Origin: Octopus vulgaris
Taxonomy: Eukaryota
Direction: 5' to 3'
Length of the DNA stretch: 64,000 bases
Assembly: GCA_951406725.2 (NCBI GenBank)
Contig: OX597836.1
Location: 19,468,001-19,532,000, forward strand
The position numbers and the translations under genes are program-made. Positions 26,117-37,610 of the stretch are shown here, in pieces (the stretch's first letter is position 1; the number at the start of each line of letters is the position of its first letter). Under the pieces are notes generated by a model. The model was not told the DNA's origin, did no database searches, and worked only from the letters and a program-made list of their open reading frames with translations.

Positions 26117-26511
26117 TCTCTCTATATATAAAGCTGAAGTTGTCTGTGTATGGCAGGTTTGGTAGCCTTCAACTAACACTATCTCCTCCGAGACCCTGTG
26201 GTGCAAGTTGACCAAAATTGAGAGTATGATACAAGAAGGCTTGCTCTTCATTCTGTAGAAGATAAAATTTAAATCGGACCATGTTAACACCAAAAATTAT
26301 TTACATTAAAAAAGTGCTTTTTTTTCTATGAAAATCCCTATTTTTTACAATTTTTTTTACTGCTGTGTCGCCATTTTTCAGTGTATTTCAACCAGAAAAA
26401 ATGTTCACTTAAATAGAATAACAAGCTACATAATGCAAAATTTTTACTTTTCAAAAATTCCAATTCTAAAGGGTCGAAACAAACCCGAGCAATGCCGGGC
26501 GATACTGCTAG
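26117..26511 (+). mobile_element. Non-autonomous Helitron
   Basis: A|TC start, subterminal hairpin CCCGAGCAATGCCGGG, CTAG|T end, no TSD; a second 3' end follows at 26538-26566. Confidence 0.85.
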
Positions 26512-27139
26512 TATATATACAAACTATATCATTTTAATCCTGAGCAATGCTCGGTATCTCTGCTAGTCTTAAAATATTTCTGCTTATCATTGCGTTACTT
26601 AGCCCATTGGTAACACTTTCACATGATTTGAGAAAAAGGGAGAGAAAGAGAGAAGCGTCTATGACGTAAGGTGGAGGGAATGTAATTGTAACTCTTTCAC
26701 ATGATTAGTTGAAGAGAAAGAGAGCAGAAGGTAAAGGAAAGAGAGAAAATAAGAGAGAGAGAATTGTCTTTGATGTGAGGTATAGGGAATATGATAATTT
26801 TAGCAGAGGTGTGATGTTCTGATGGTGAGGTTAAAGAAAGGCACAGAGTGAGAGAGAGAGAGATGATGGTGGTGGTGATTGGATAGTGAAAAGTATGGTT
26901 TTTTAAAATTGAACTAAGTATTTTATATCACCTATTACTTAATGCATGCGCATAATTCATGCCTATTTATGTGGCAGTTATATACAACTTAATTAAAAGG
27001 TTGTATCATGTACATGAAATTTTTTTGTGTTATGGGGGAAATGGAAATATAAGAGTGAATATTTATTTTATGAGTGCTGTGTGTTAATTCTATAAAATTA
27101 GGCATAAAGTATATAAAGTGTATATATAAAGTGCATTAA

Positions 27140-27900
27140 GTAATCATCATATTCCAACTTCCTTCATTTTTCAGTAATTAGCAGATAAGCGACTAACTTT
27201 TGATACAGACACAACGCTATGATAATACAAAAAATAAATGTAATAATAGACTAAAAGATAAGAATAAATCTAATTTGTTTAATGATAATAATAAATAAAA
27301 ATAATGTTAATAAGAAGAACAAAATTTAGTTAATTATTCCTTATGGGGCTCAAGTTAAAACAAACATTATTAAAGAGATATTAAAACTAATTGAAGTATT
27401 CATTATAGATAATAAAAAAATATAATAACATTTTTTCTAGTAATAATTTTGGAGTTGGTTATTCTACTACTAATAATGTTGGTAACATTATTTCTTCTTT
27501 TAATAGATTTAAGCTTAGTAAGTTTTACAGTAACAAATTAAATAATTATTCCAGTGATAATATAGACCAGAATATTAATTAATTGTACATGTAGAGATAA
27601 GACAAAATGTAAACTTTAAAATAAATGTAATTTGGATGATGTAGTATATAAATGTGTAGTGACTTTAATTGATAATATTAATAGGAATAGTTATAATTTA
27701 AATGCGATTTACGTGGGGTCGGCTTCTAATAAAATTAAATTAAGGGTGGCTCAACACATGCATTCATTTAAGAATAAAACATTGATTAATTCTACTGGCC
27801 TTAGCAAATATATATGGGAATTGAGTATAAATATAAATTGGGAGATAGTTTGTAAAGCTAAATAACGCTATGTTATAAGTTTTGTCTTCTTTGTACATTA
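27140..27900 (+). mobile_element. Penelope-like element, thumb/linker plus GIY-YIG fragment
   Basis: IPYGAQVKTNIIKEILKLI..GYSTTNNVGNII..CTCRDKTKC..VVYKC..IYVGSASNKIKLRVAQHMHSF..TGLSKYIWEL..NWEIV..FCLLC. Confidence 0.8.
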
Positions 27901-28840
27901 TGGCGTGCAAGAATATAAAAATAAAGCCCCTAAATTAATGGGGATTGGATTGGAAGAAGGAAAATAGCTGAAGATTGTTAATTCTCTTTTCTCTTCCAAC
28001 TCATCTTGCACTTGGCATTGTCCCTTATTTCTGTCTCTTGTAGGGCCTCCTTCCCCTGCCACTTTCTCATCCGATGAGCTACTAACTCATCCTTCTACAT
28101 ACTCTTCCATTTTTTCTAACAACCACCAAACCCACACCCTACACATGCACGCACGCACACGTACACACACACACAGTACAAATACCCAATCAACCTGTTC
28201 TCCCTATTCCTTGTAGTTTAGTTCAGTCCCCTTTTTATCCTAATACAGTTCCCTATTTCCTATCCCCAGTATAGAATCGCCAGCCAGCTCTGCTCTCCTT
28301 CTCCTCCTCCCACCAACACCACCACTTCTATCTCTCACTACAGCTGATTAACTGGAGGGGCTGTGTTATGCATACACTAATAACAGTTGACTGATGTCTG
28401 TGTGGTGGAGGTGGTGGTGGGTACTGCCCCACCCACCCACCGCCTCCCATCCTTTTTTTTTCCTATGCAAACCAAAAATTAAAAAAACAACAGAACTCTC
28501 TCCAATTGTGTGGCTTATCTGTATATACACCTTCTCTGTTGTCATACACCTATGTGATCAAAAATGTTCCGGCCATGAGCTCTTGGAGTATTTTTTTCTT
28601 CTCAAGCATAATTTTGATCTTGGTCTCTGTTACCAGCACAAAGCAAAAAATAAAAATAAAAAACAAGAAAATGGTGAGGGTGATTTGGGTACTACTTCTA
28701 AGAGATTCAGTGACCATGAGAGGCTCCATCATTGACTTAAGTGCTGTGGATTTTTGATTTTGTAGTGTCCATGGCTTTGTTTCAATTAATCTCTTATCAG
28801 TATTAGCATGTATGTATGTAATTATGTGTGTGTGTGTGTG

Positions 28841-28885
<45 letters not shown>

Positions 28886-28888
<3 letters not shown>

Positions 28889-29016
28889 GGTGTCCCCAAA
28901 AAATGTATACACATAGTGGTTCGGCAAAAGAGAACGATAGAATAAGTACTAGGCTTACAAAGAATAACAAATTTACAATTATTTAAGGTGTGTATACATT
29001 TTTGGGGGACACCCTG
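28886..29016. mobile_element. Tc1/mariner-type MITE
   Basis: TA|CAGGGTGTCCCCAAAAAATGTATACAC ... GTGTATACATTTTTGGGGGACACCCTG|TA. Confidence 0.85.
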
Positions 29017-29229
29017 TATATATACACAAAGTATGGGGGTTAAGTTCACATGATCTAAATGAGTTGGTACACCAGGTAAGTGCTGTAACTGATTACTAGG
29101 GCTTCGAGGTTATAGCCGAGACGGTAGTTATGGAGCCATAGCAGATTTCCGATGTAGCGTATATATAATTGTTAAACAGGACAGCAAGCATTAAGATAAG
29201 GCAAACATATCAAGTCGTTTACAATATTA

Positions 29230-30316
29230 TTATAGGAAGGAATTCAGAGTGTATGGGTGTCAATCTGAGGACAATGCAGAGGATTCAGAAAGAGTTTGAT
29301 GCATCTAATGATGATTACAAAGGTACGGCAGCTTGGAAAATTCACCCTGATTGTTCTGATAAGAAAAGAACTCCTGAATTTGTTGGTGAGATCCAGGCCA
29401 TGATTGACAATGCTCCATCCAAGTCAATCAGGTCCATCGCCAGGGATATGGGAGTGTCTGAGTTTCTTATCAGGCAGGTAGTACATGAAGACATTTGGTA
29501 TTCCTCATACAAAATGAGGAAGGGCCAATTTTTATTCTAAGCCATCAAGAACAAGAGGAAAGACCGTGCTATGAAGCTTTTGAACAAACTTAAGCTTCCA
29601 CTCCTACCAAACATGCTTTGGTTTTTCTCAGATGAGAAAAATTTCAGCCAGGATCAGATGGTGAACACACAGAACAACTGTTGGCTTGCCATGTCCTTAA
29701 AATGTACTGAAAGTGATAAAAATCAAACATCATGGTGTTTGGAGTGACCACTAGAGATGGCAACGTTATGCTTCCATTCATCTTCCCAATGACCTCAGAT
29801 TCAACACAGAGGCCTACATCAAGTGCCTGGAGGAGGTAGTACTGCCCTGCGTGAAGAGGGTGGCTACTGAAAGATCCTATGTCTAACAACAGGTCTCTGC
29901 ACCATGCCACACAAGCAGGAGAACCTAGTCATGGCAGTCAGACAATTTCTGCGACCACACCACCCCTAACATCTGGCAACTTAACTCACCAGACTGCAAC
30001 CCCTTTGATTATTATGTGTGGGATGCAGTTGAATGAGAGACCAACAAAACTCCTTGTAACACCAAAGATGAACTGAAGGCAAGGATTTTGGCAGCATTCA
30101 CCAACTTAAACAAGGAGACCATCCAGAAGAATTGCAGAAGATTCCAAAGTCGTCTGGAGGCTATGGTCGAAGCCAATGACGATTTTATTGAATAAATTTA
30201 CTCTTTAGTATTTCAAGATATTTTTATGTAATTTTGGTAAATATATCTTAAAATGAGATTTTAGTGTTATTTTCATTTTTACATAATTTAGATAATAATT
30301 TATTCACCGCACCCTG
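29230..30316 (+). mobile_element. maT/DD37D-like Tc1-mariner transposase pseudogene with 3' TIR
   Basis: KSIRSIARDMGVSEFLIRQVVHED..WFFSDEKNF..IMVFGV..QQVSAPCHT..NSPDCNPFDYYVW..RFQSRLEAMVEAND; ends ...CACCGCACCCTG. Confidence 0.85.
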
Positions 30317-31286
30317 TGTATATATAAATCAAAGTATACCCTATTATATAGATCTGAGTACTTTGATGAATTTCATCCCCTCTCCTAACAAATACAAGTA
30401 CATTTTTTTTTCCTCATTTGTGGATTTTTAGATGACCTATGTACACACACACAAGGCAGCGAGCTGGCAGAAATGTTAGCGCGCCGGGTGAAATGCTTAG
30501 CGGTATTTCGTCTGTCGTTATGTTCTGAGTTCAAATTCTTTCGGGGTCGATAAATAAAGTACCAGTTTTGCACTGGTTCGATGTAATCGACTTAATCCCT
30601 TTGTCTGTCCTTGTTTGTCCCCTCTATGTTTAGCCCCTTGTGGGTAATAAAGAAATATATGTACACACACATGCATAAAATGCATGTGTGTGTGTGTGTG
30701 TGTCAATGTATTTTTCATGTCTGAAATATTTCTTGCTTCCACTAATTCTCTTAAAACTCCCACTAATTTTATTTATCCGTTTCTACTTCCACCCTTTTGT
30801 TTTTCTTTTCCTTACGTTGTACTGCAAAGTCCGTGCTATTCTAGCATGGCTTGCTTAGCAGAACTGTCATTTATTGAAAGAATAACGCCATCACCACCAC
30901 CACCACCATCACCATATGGTAGTTCTTTGTCTTAGGCGAAAAGACATACACACACACCTGCACACACAGACATACACAGATGAAGCTTCATTTCAGCAGG
31001 GCTATATGCTAATGTTCGCTTGATAATTTTCATCCTCCCAGGGTGGTGGCAGGATGAAGAGAGAGAGAGAGACAGGCTGTCTTAGATTTTTATAGTCATT
31101 CACTCTATTCTTCTCTTCCTTTCTAAACTCTCTTTCTCTCTCTCTCTCTATCAGCTCTGTCTCTTTCTCTCCTGGAATATTATCTACTGCTGCTGGTCCG
31201 GCAGCATGCAAAGACTCATTTCATGATTGACCGGTCAGTGTGCAGCATGGTCGCAGTTGATATGGTGTCGTTCTCTTGAACTGTTT

Positions 31287-31451
31287 CATCATTGCTGTGT
31301 GTGTGTGTGTGTATGCATTTATGTATGCATGTGTATGTATTTATATATGTGTGTATGTATATATTTATATATGTATATATATATGCTTGTATCTATATGC
31401 ATGTATATGTGTATATATATGTTTCTATCTATATGCATGTATATGTGTGTA

Positions 31452-31516
<65 letters not shown>

Positions 31517-31551
31517 GTATGTGTATATATGTATGTGTATATATATATGTG

Positions 31552-31610
<59 letters not shown>

Positions 31611-31709
31611 GTGTATATATGTATGTGTATATATGTATGTGTATATATGTATGTGTATATATATATGTGTGTGTATATATGTATGTGTATATATGTGTGT
31701 GTGTATATA

Positions 31710-31760
<51 letters not shown>

Positions 31761-31972
31761 GTGTGTATATATATATGTATGTGTATATATATATATATAT
31801 ATATGTATGTGTATATATATATATATATGTATGTATGTGTATATATATATATGTATGTGTATATATATATATATATATTATATATGTATATGTATTATAT
31901 ATATATTATATATATTATATGTTGTATATATATATATATATATGTATGTGTATATATATATATATGTGTGTA

Positions 31973-32023
<51 letters not shown>

Positions 32024-32046
32024 ATATATATATATATGTATATACA
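31287..32046. repeat. (TA)/(TG) compound microsatellite
   Basis: Seen directly. Confidence 0.95.
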
Positions 32047-33132
32047 CGTAAAACCACTTGAAAACTGGCAAATAACTTCAAATTAGCTATAAAACTACCT
32101 GCAACCATTTGCATCTAAGTGGAAGATCAAAAAAGCTTGACAAATGGGTACTACAAGGTTTGAATGAAAATCAAAAAATGTGCAGATATGAAATTGCACC
32201 TTCCTTCTTCTCCGCAACCAGACTGGTCCATTTCTTGACTGTATTGTAACTTGTGATGAAAAGTGAATTCTGTTCAATAAAAAAAAAAACGTTCTTTGCA
32301 GTGGTTGGCACAAAACTAAGCTCCGCAAACCTCCTCTAAACTCAAACTCTTCGAAAAGGATGCTATGGTGACTGTTTGGTAGTGTACTGCTGGACTCATC
32401 TTCTCTATGTATAAAAGGCAGGTTGTCTGTCTGTGTGTCTGTCAGGTTGTACCCTCACCCCGACCACGGCTTTCAACCGATTCTGATGAAACTTGACACA
32501 CACATAGCCCAATGTCATAATTCAAAACTAACGCAGCGAAAATTTTGAAAAGTTCCCCCAGTTCTGAAAATAATTTATAAATTCCGCCACTTCAAGCCGT
32601 CAACGAGAGAAAACACGACCAGACAACATAACCTTAGCATACTTCTGCTAATCGCAGCTGCAGCCACAAGTCGTTGTCTACTAGGGGTTCTTACATACCC
32701 GGGCAACGCTGGGCTATGCTGCTAGTCCACTATAACTTCCTAAAACCCAGAAAAACCATTATTGCAGGAACATACTGCCAAAACGAGTGAAAACTGTTAC
32801 CCCTCCATCCTAGACTAGTCAACAGAAGAGGGCCAATCATTCTTCATGACAATGCTTAACCACATGTTTCAGTAATGATGCTCCAGGAGTTGAGTGAACT
32901 TGGCCACAAAGTTCTTCCCCAGACGTTTCTCCTATCGACAACCACTTTTTCAAGAACCTTGATGGTTTCCTTTGAGAGGAGGAGTTCAAAAATCAAACAG
33001 ATGCTGAAAGGGCGTTCAAAAAAATTCATCAGCTCCAGAACTCCAGATTTTTATTACGTTACTGGAATAAATAAACTTGTAACTCATTGGCAAAAATGTG
33101 TTGATTGTAATGGTACTTACTTTGATGAATAA
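32046..33132 (+). mobile_element. mariner (DD34D-type) transposase pseudogene split by a Helitron
   Basis: KWVLQGLNENQK..CIVTCDEK*IL..VTVW*CTAGL|IHYNFL..GPIILHDNA*PH..DNHFF..GINKLVTHWQKCVDCNGTYFDE*. Confidence 0.9.
32399..32725 (+). mobile_element. Non-autonomous Helitron inserted at an A|T site in mariner
   Basis: ggactca|TC...CCCGGGCAACGCTGGG...CTAG|tccactat; removing it restores the codons GGA CTC ATC CAC TAT (GLIHY). Confidence 0.92.
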
Positions 33133-33160
33133 GATTTCCGCATTGTTGAAATATATTTCG

Positions 33161-34804
33161 CGTTTTGGGAGTAGGTTACAGATAATGACTACAATATATA
33201 GTTGTTTTACATGAAAGCGAAATTTCTTGTCAGAAACAGCCACATAAATGGTGTAAGGAAATTGAAGGAAGACGTTGAAACTTCCCCTCTGTGAGTTTAT
33301 TTTTTTTCAACAGCAAAGGGAGCTATTTTTTTCGGAGAGAAAAGCTAACAAAAGCCCTTTTATTCTATCTTCCCACATAGCGTGCACATAAATTTCATGC
33401 TTCAAAACGTTGTTTACTTTTTACTCAGCCTGATATATAGTATTATTTTAACACCCCCTTGTCTATGTTTGGATGGGGTTTATTGAGACAGATTTTCAAT
33501 GGTTGGGTGCTCTCACTGTCATTCACCCTCACCTATTTTCTAAGCAAGGTAATATTTCCTGATGGCCAGACGTTTTATCCTATTATATTGGAAAGAAATA
33601 CACTGCTTATATGTTCAAGATTGGTCATAGAGTAATCAATAGTTTCACATCCATGAAAGCCACAGCCTTGTGGACAGCTCATCATGGATGCGAAACCATT
33701 GGTCACTCTATGGCCAGACTTTAACTTTAGTCTATATCTATAAAACAGTCCTTGGACGGAAATTGTATGCATATTTTATTATGACGGTTAATGGTGGTCA
33801 AACCGAGGCTAGGATCGAGCTGAAAATTGGCAGGGATACTAAATGTGTGGTGAGGATGAGACCCGCGAGGGTTAAGATTCACAAGCTATAAAGATGTGGG
33901 TGCTATGGCAAAAAGAATGATTTTTATCGATTCAAGGGGTCCCAGATCCCCTCTGAGTTTGTGCAATTGGCTTTTAATGCCCAGCGGCATGCACTGCAGG
34001 CTGTTGTGCTTAATAAACATACATTTTGTCGCAAAATTTCGGCTACTAGGAAACGATTTTTCATTGTGAAAAAACGAGTGCTTTATGCCCTCATTTTCTT
34101 TTTAATCTTTTTATAAAAGTGAAAGGATTTCGTCTATTTATTTCTGCTGTCCACTTATGATGGTGATTCAGTTGACTAGGAAAACTATGCGTGATGAATA
34201 TCCAATACCAAACTATCTTAATCTACATATTGAAACTGCATTAAACTTTGGCAAGCTTACCTTTACCTATTCTGAGTTACTTGAAAGGTGATGTTCCCTT
34301 CCCTCTCTTCTGATTGTTCATACCTTTTTTTTTTACCTTTGATACCGTTGTTTCACTTTAAGGATGCTTCTTTACCCAGCCATTATGATATTTCAACTGC
34401 TGTCCATTGTTTCAAATAGGTTTTAGCATTGTCATTCTAGCCTTTTTTAAACACATATGATTCATCCCAAAGAATCAACCTTTAAATAAGAGTTTTGCTT
34501 CCACTAGCGAAAGCTATACGTATCTCTCAGGAAGCTCCATACCAATTTAACTTTATGCAGCATTCACTGTTAGTTTATGTGCACACTATGTGGGAAGATA
34601 GAATAAAGGGGCTTTTGTTAGCTTTCCTCTCCGAAAAAAATAGCTCCCTTTGCTGTTGAAAAAAATAAACTCACAGAGGGCAAGTTTCAACATCTTCCTT
34701 CAATTTCCTTACAACATTTATGTGGCTGTTTCTGACAAGAAATTTCACTTTCATGTAAAACAACTATATTTTGTAGTCATTATCCGTAATCTGCTCCCAA
34801 AACA
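33161..34804. repeat. ~230-bp inverted repeat pair (33161-33391 / 34574-34804)
   Basis: Arms are reverse complements with scattered substitutions; ~1.2-kb spacer. Confidence 0.85.
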
Positions 34805-34996
34805 CTTCAGTAGCTCTACCTTACATCGCTTGCAAACTTATATGTTCTATGATAATCAAAGTGCAACGGCCTCCACAACAACTAGCCTTCAATTTGATTT
34901 TCCGTTCCTAGGTTAATCGGAAACAGATTGCCATGCTACACAGAAACCTCGGTAGTTCAATTATTTGGTGAAAAAAATACCACGAAAGCAACTTAA

Positions 34997-35213
34997 CCCT
35001 TTCGCTACTGTATTTATTTTGAGATGCTCTGTATTTCTTTCAATTACTTTAAATATAACAAAGAATTTAGTAAAATAACTTAGTTATCATTAAGCTAGTG
35101 TTAGGAACATAAGTTGTGACTAAGGTTTGGTGGAAGATTTTAATTCAGAACTTTATGAAAACAAGACATTTGTACTACAGAGTCAGATTCAGCCGGGTTG
35201 GTAACGAAAGGGT
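34997..35213. mobile_element. Second piggyBac-type MITE family
   Basis: TTAA|CCCTTTCG...CGAAAGGG|TCAA; related copies at ~36518-36870. Confidence 0.65.
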
Positions 35214-35314
35214 CAAACCGTCCAAAGGACGGATGTGTTTGCTAGTCATTTCATACTTTACTGCTCTATACTTTTGAGTGTGCTTCTCATTCAGTTATAT
35301 GAGATATTGACAAT

Positions 35315-35561
35315 ATTCTTTTACTTGTTTCAGTCATTTGACTGTGGACATGCTGGAGCACTCCTTTACTTGAGCAAATCAACCCCAGGACTTGTTCTTT
35401 GTAAGCCTAGTACTTATTCTATTGGTCTCTTTTGCCGAACCGCTAAGTTATGGGGATGTGAACACACTAGTATATCAGTTGTCATGCGATGTTGGGGGGG
35501 ACAAACAGACACGCAAACATATTCACATACATACATACACACACACATATATATATGTATG

Positions 35562-35609
<48 letters not shown>

Positions 35610-35790
35610 TATATACATATATACACACACATACTCAATGGACTTCTTTCAGTTTTGGTCTACCAAATCCGCCCACAAGGCTTTGGTCGGCCCAAGGCCA
35701 TAGTAGAAGACACTTGCCCAAGGTGCCATGCAGTGGGACTGAACCTGGAACCATGTGATTGGTAAGCAAGCTACTTACCATACAGCCACT
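35315..35790 (-). mobile_element. SINE family A
   Basis: Reverse complement of 21878-22268. Confidence 0.8.
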
Positions 35791-37190
35791 TATGTGTGTG
35801 TGTGTATATATATATATATATACCATTCTTTCTTGGCATCATTAGATGCCAATAAATCCCTGGTCAATACTCATCAATAAACTATTATGTTGGACGGTGG
35901 GGAGAGGTGGAGTACTATGCGGAAGGTGTAACGGTTACTGGTTTCTCTACTAGTTTCCCATAATGTAATCATTGCAAAAACAAAAAAATAATAAGACATT
36001 GCCAGGCCAAAGCTCATTGTTCCCAACATTGATTACATTATACTCACCATTAATGACTTATGGCCTTGCTTCCGGTTATTCCATTTGTGGTTTCTAGGCT
36101 AGTGATCTTATCGTTATTATTAGCATTATCATTAACCCTTTCGTTACCACATTTCTATTGAACTACACTGCCTTTATTTCAGTTGGTTTTGAAAATAATG
36201 AAGAATTTAGTAAAATAACATTTTAGTAAAATGTCTGGCTTCCGTGCCGATGGCATGTAAAATGCACCAATCCGTTCGTGGCCGTTGCCAGCCTCGCCTG
36301 GCACCTGTGCCGGTGGCACGTAAAAAGCACCCACTACACTCACGGAGTGGTTGGCGTTAGGAAGGGCATCCAGCTGTAGACACACTGCCAGATCAGACTG
36401 GAGCCTGGTGCAGCCTTCTGGCTTCCCAGATCCCCGGTCGAACCGTCCAACCCATGCTAGCATGGAAAACGGACATTAAACGATGATGATGATGATGATG
36501 AACATTCTTCTTATTAACCCTTTTGTTACTGTAATTATTTTGAGATGCTCTGTGTTTCTTTCAATTACTTTAAATATAACAAAGAATTTAGTAAAATAAC
36601 TTAGCAATAATTAAGCTGGTGTTAGGAACATAAATTGTGACTAAGGTTTGATGGAAGATTTTAATTTAAATCTTATGAAAACAAGACATTTGTACTACAG
36701 AGCCAGAGGTGGTTTCAGCCGGGTTGATAATGAAAGGGTTAAGGTGGTGTTAGGAACATAAATTGTGACTAAGGTTTGGTGGAAGATTTTAATTTAAATC
36801 TTATGAAAACAAGACATTTGTACTACAAAGCCACAGCCGGTTTCAGCCGTGTTGGTAACGAAAGGGTTAAGCTGGTGTAAGACATCAAACTGGCATAATT
36901 GTTAGCATGCCAGAAAAAATTCTTTTATTTACTTGTTTCAGTCATTAGACTGTGGCCATGCTGGGGCACCACCACGAGGAATTTTAGTTGAACTAATCAA
37001 CCCCAGTACGTTTTTTTTTATATAAAATTCTATTGGTCTCTTTTGTTGAACTGCTTACTTATGAGGATGTAAACATACCAACACTGGTGGTGGGACAAAC
37101 ACAGACGTAAACACACACACACACATATCACATGTCCCTTCAGGGATGTGTGATAAGAAGGGTGTTGGTAGAATCTCCATACATTGTACC

Positions 37191-37610
37191 CAGGCACAGG
37201 AGTGGCTGTGTGCTAAATAGCTTGTTTACCAACCACATAGTTCTGGGTTCAGTCCCACTGCGTAGCACCTTGGGCAAGTGTCTTCTACTATAGCCTCGAG
37301 CCGACCAATGCCTTGTGAGTGGATTTGGGAGACAGAAACTGAAAAGAAGCCCGTCGTATATATATATATATATATATATATGCATGTGTGTGTTTGTGTG
37401 TCTGTGTTTGTCCCCCTAGCATTCCTTGACAACTGATGCTGGTGTGTTTATGTCCCCGTTACTTAGCGGTTCGGCAAAAGAGACTGATAGAATAAGTACT
37501 GGGCTTACAAAAGAATAAGTCCTGGGGTCGAGTTGCTCGATTAAAGGCGGTGCTCCAGCATGGCCACAGTCAAATGACTGAAACAAGTAAAAGAGTAAAA
37601 GAGAGAGAGT
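37191..37610 (+). mobile_element. SINE family A
   Basis: Full-length match to 21878-22268; an inverted partial copy lies at 37952-38240. Confidence 0.85.

Noticed and set aside
28490-28640. Unique-looking segment tested as an exon on both strands
   Set aside because: All minus-strand frames close quickly and the plus-strand frames show no recognisable motif or good splice sites.
31195-31280. QHAKTHF..VAVDM resembling the ZnF-UBP HAxxHF motif
   Set aside because: No preceding CGR or following CxxC, weak splice sites, and an in-frame stop soon after.
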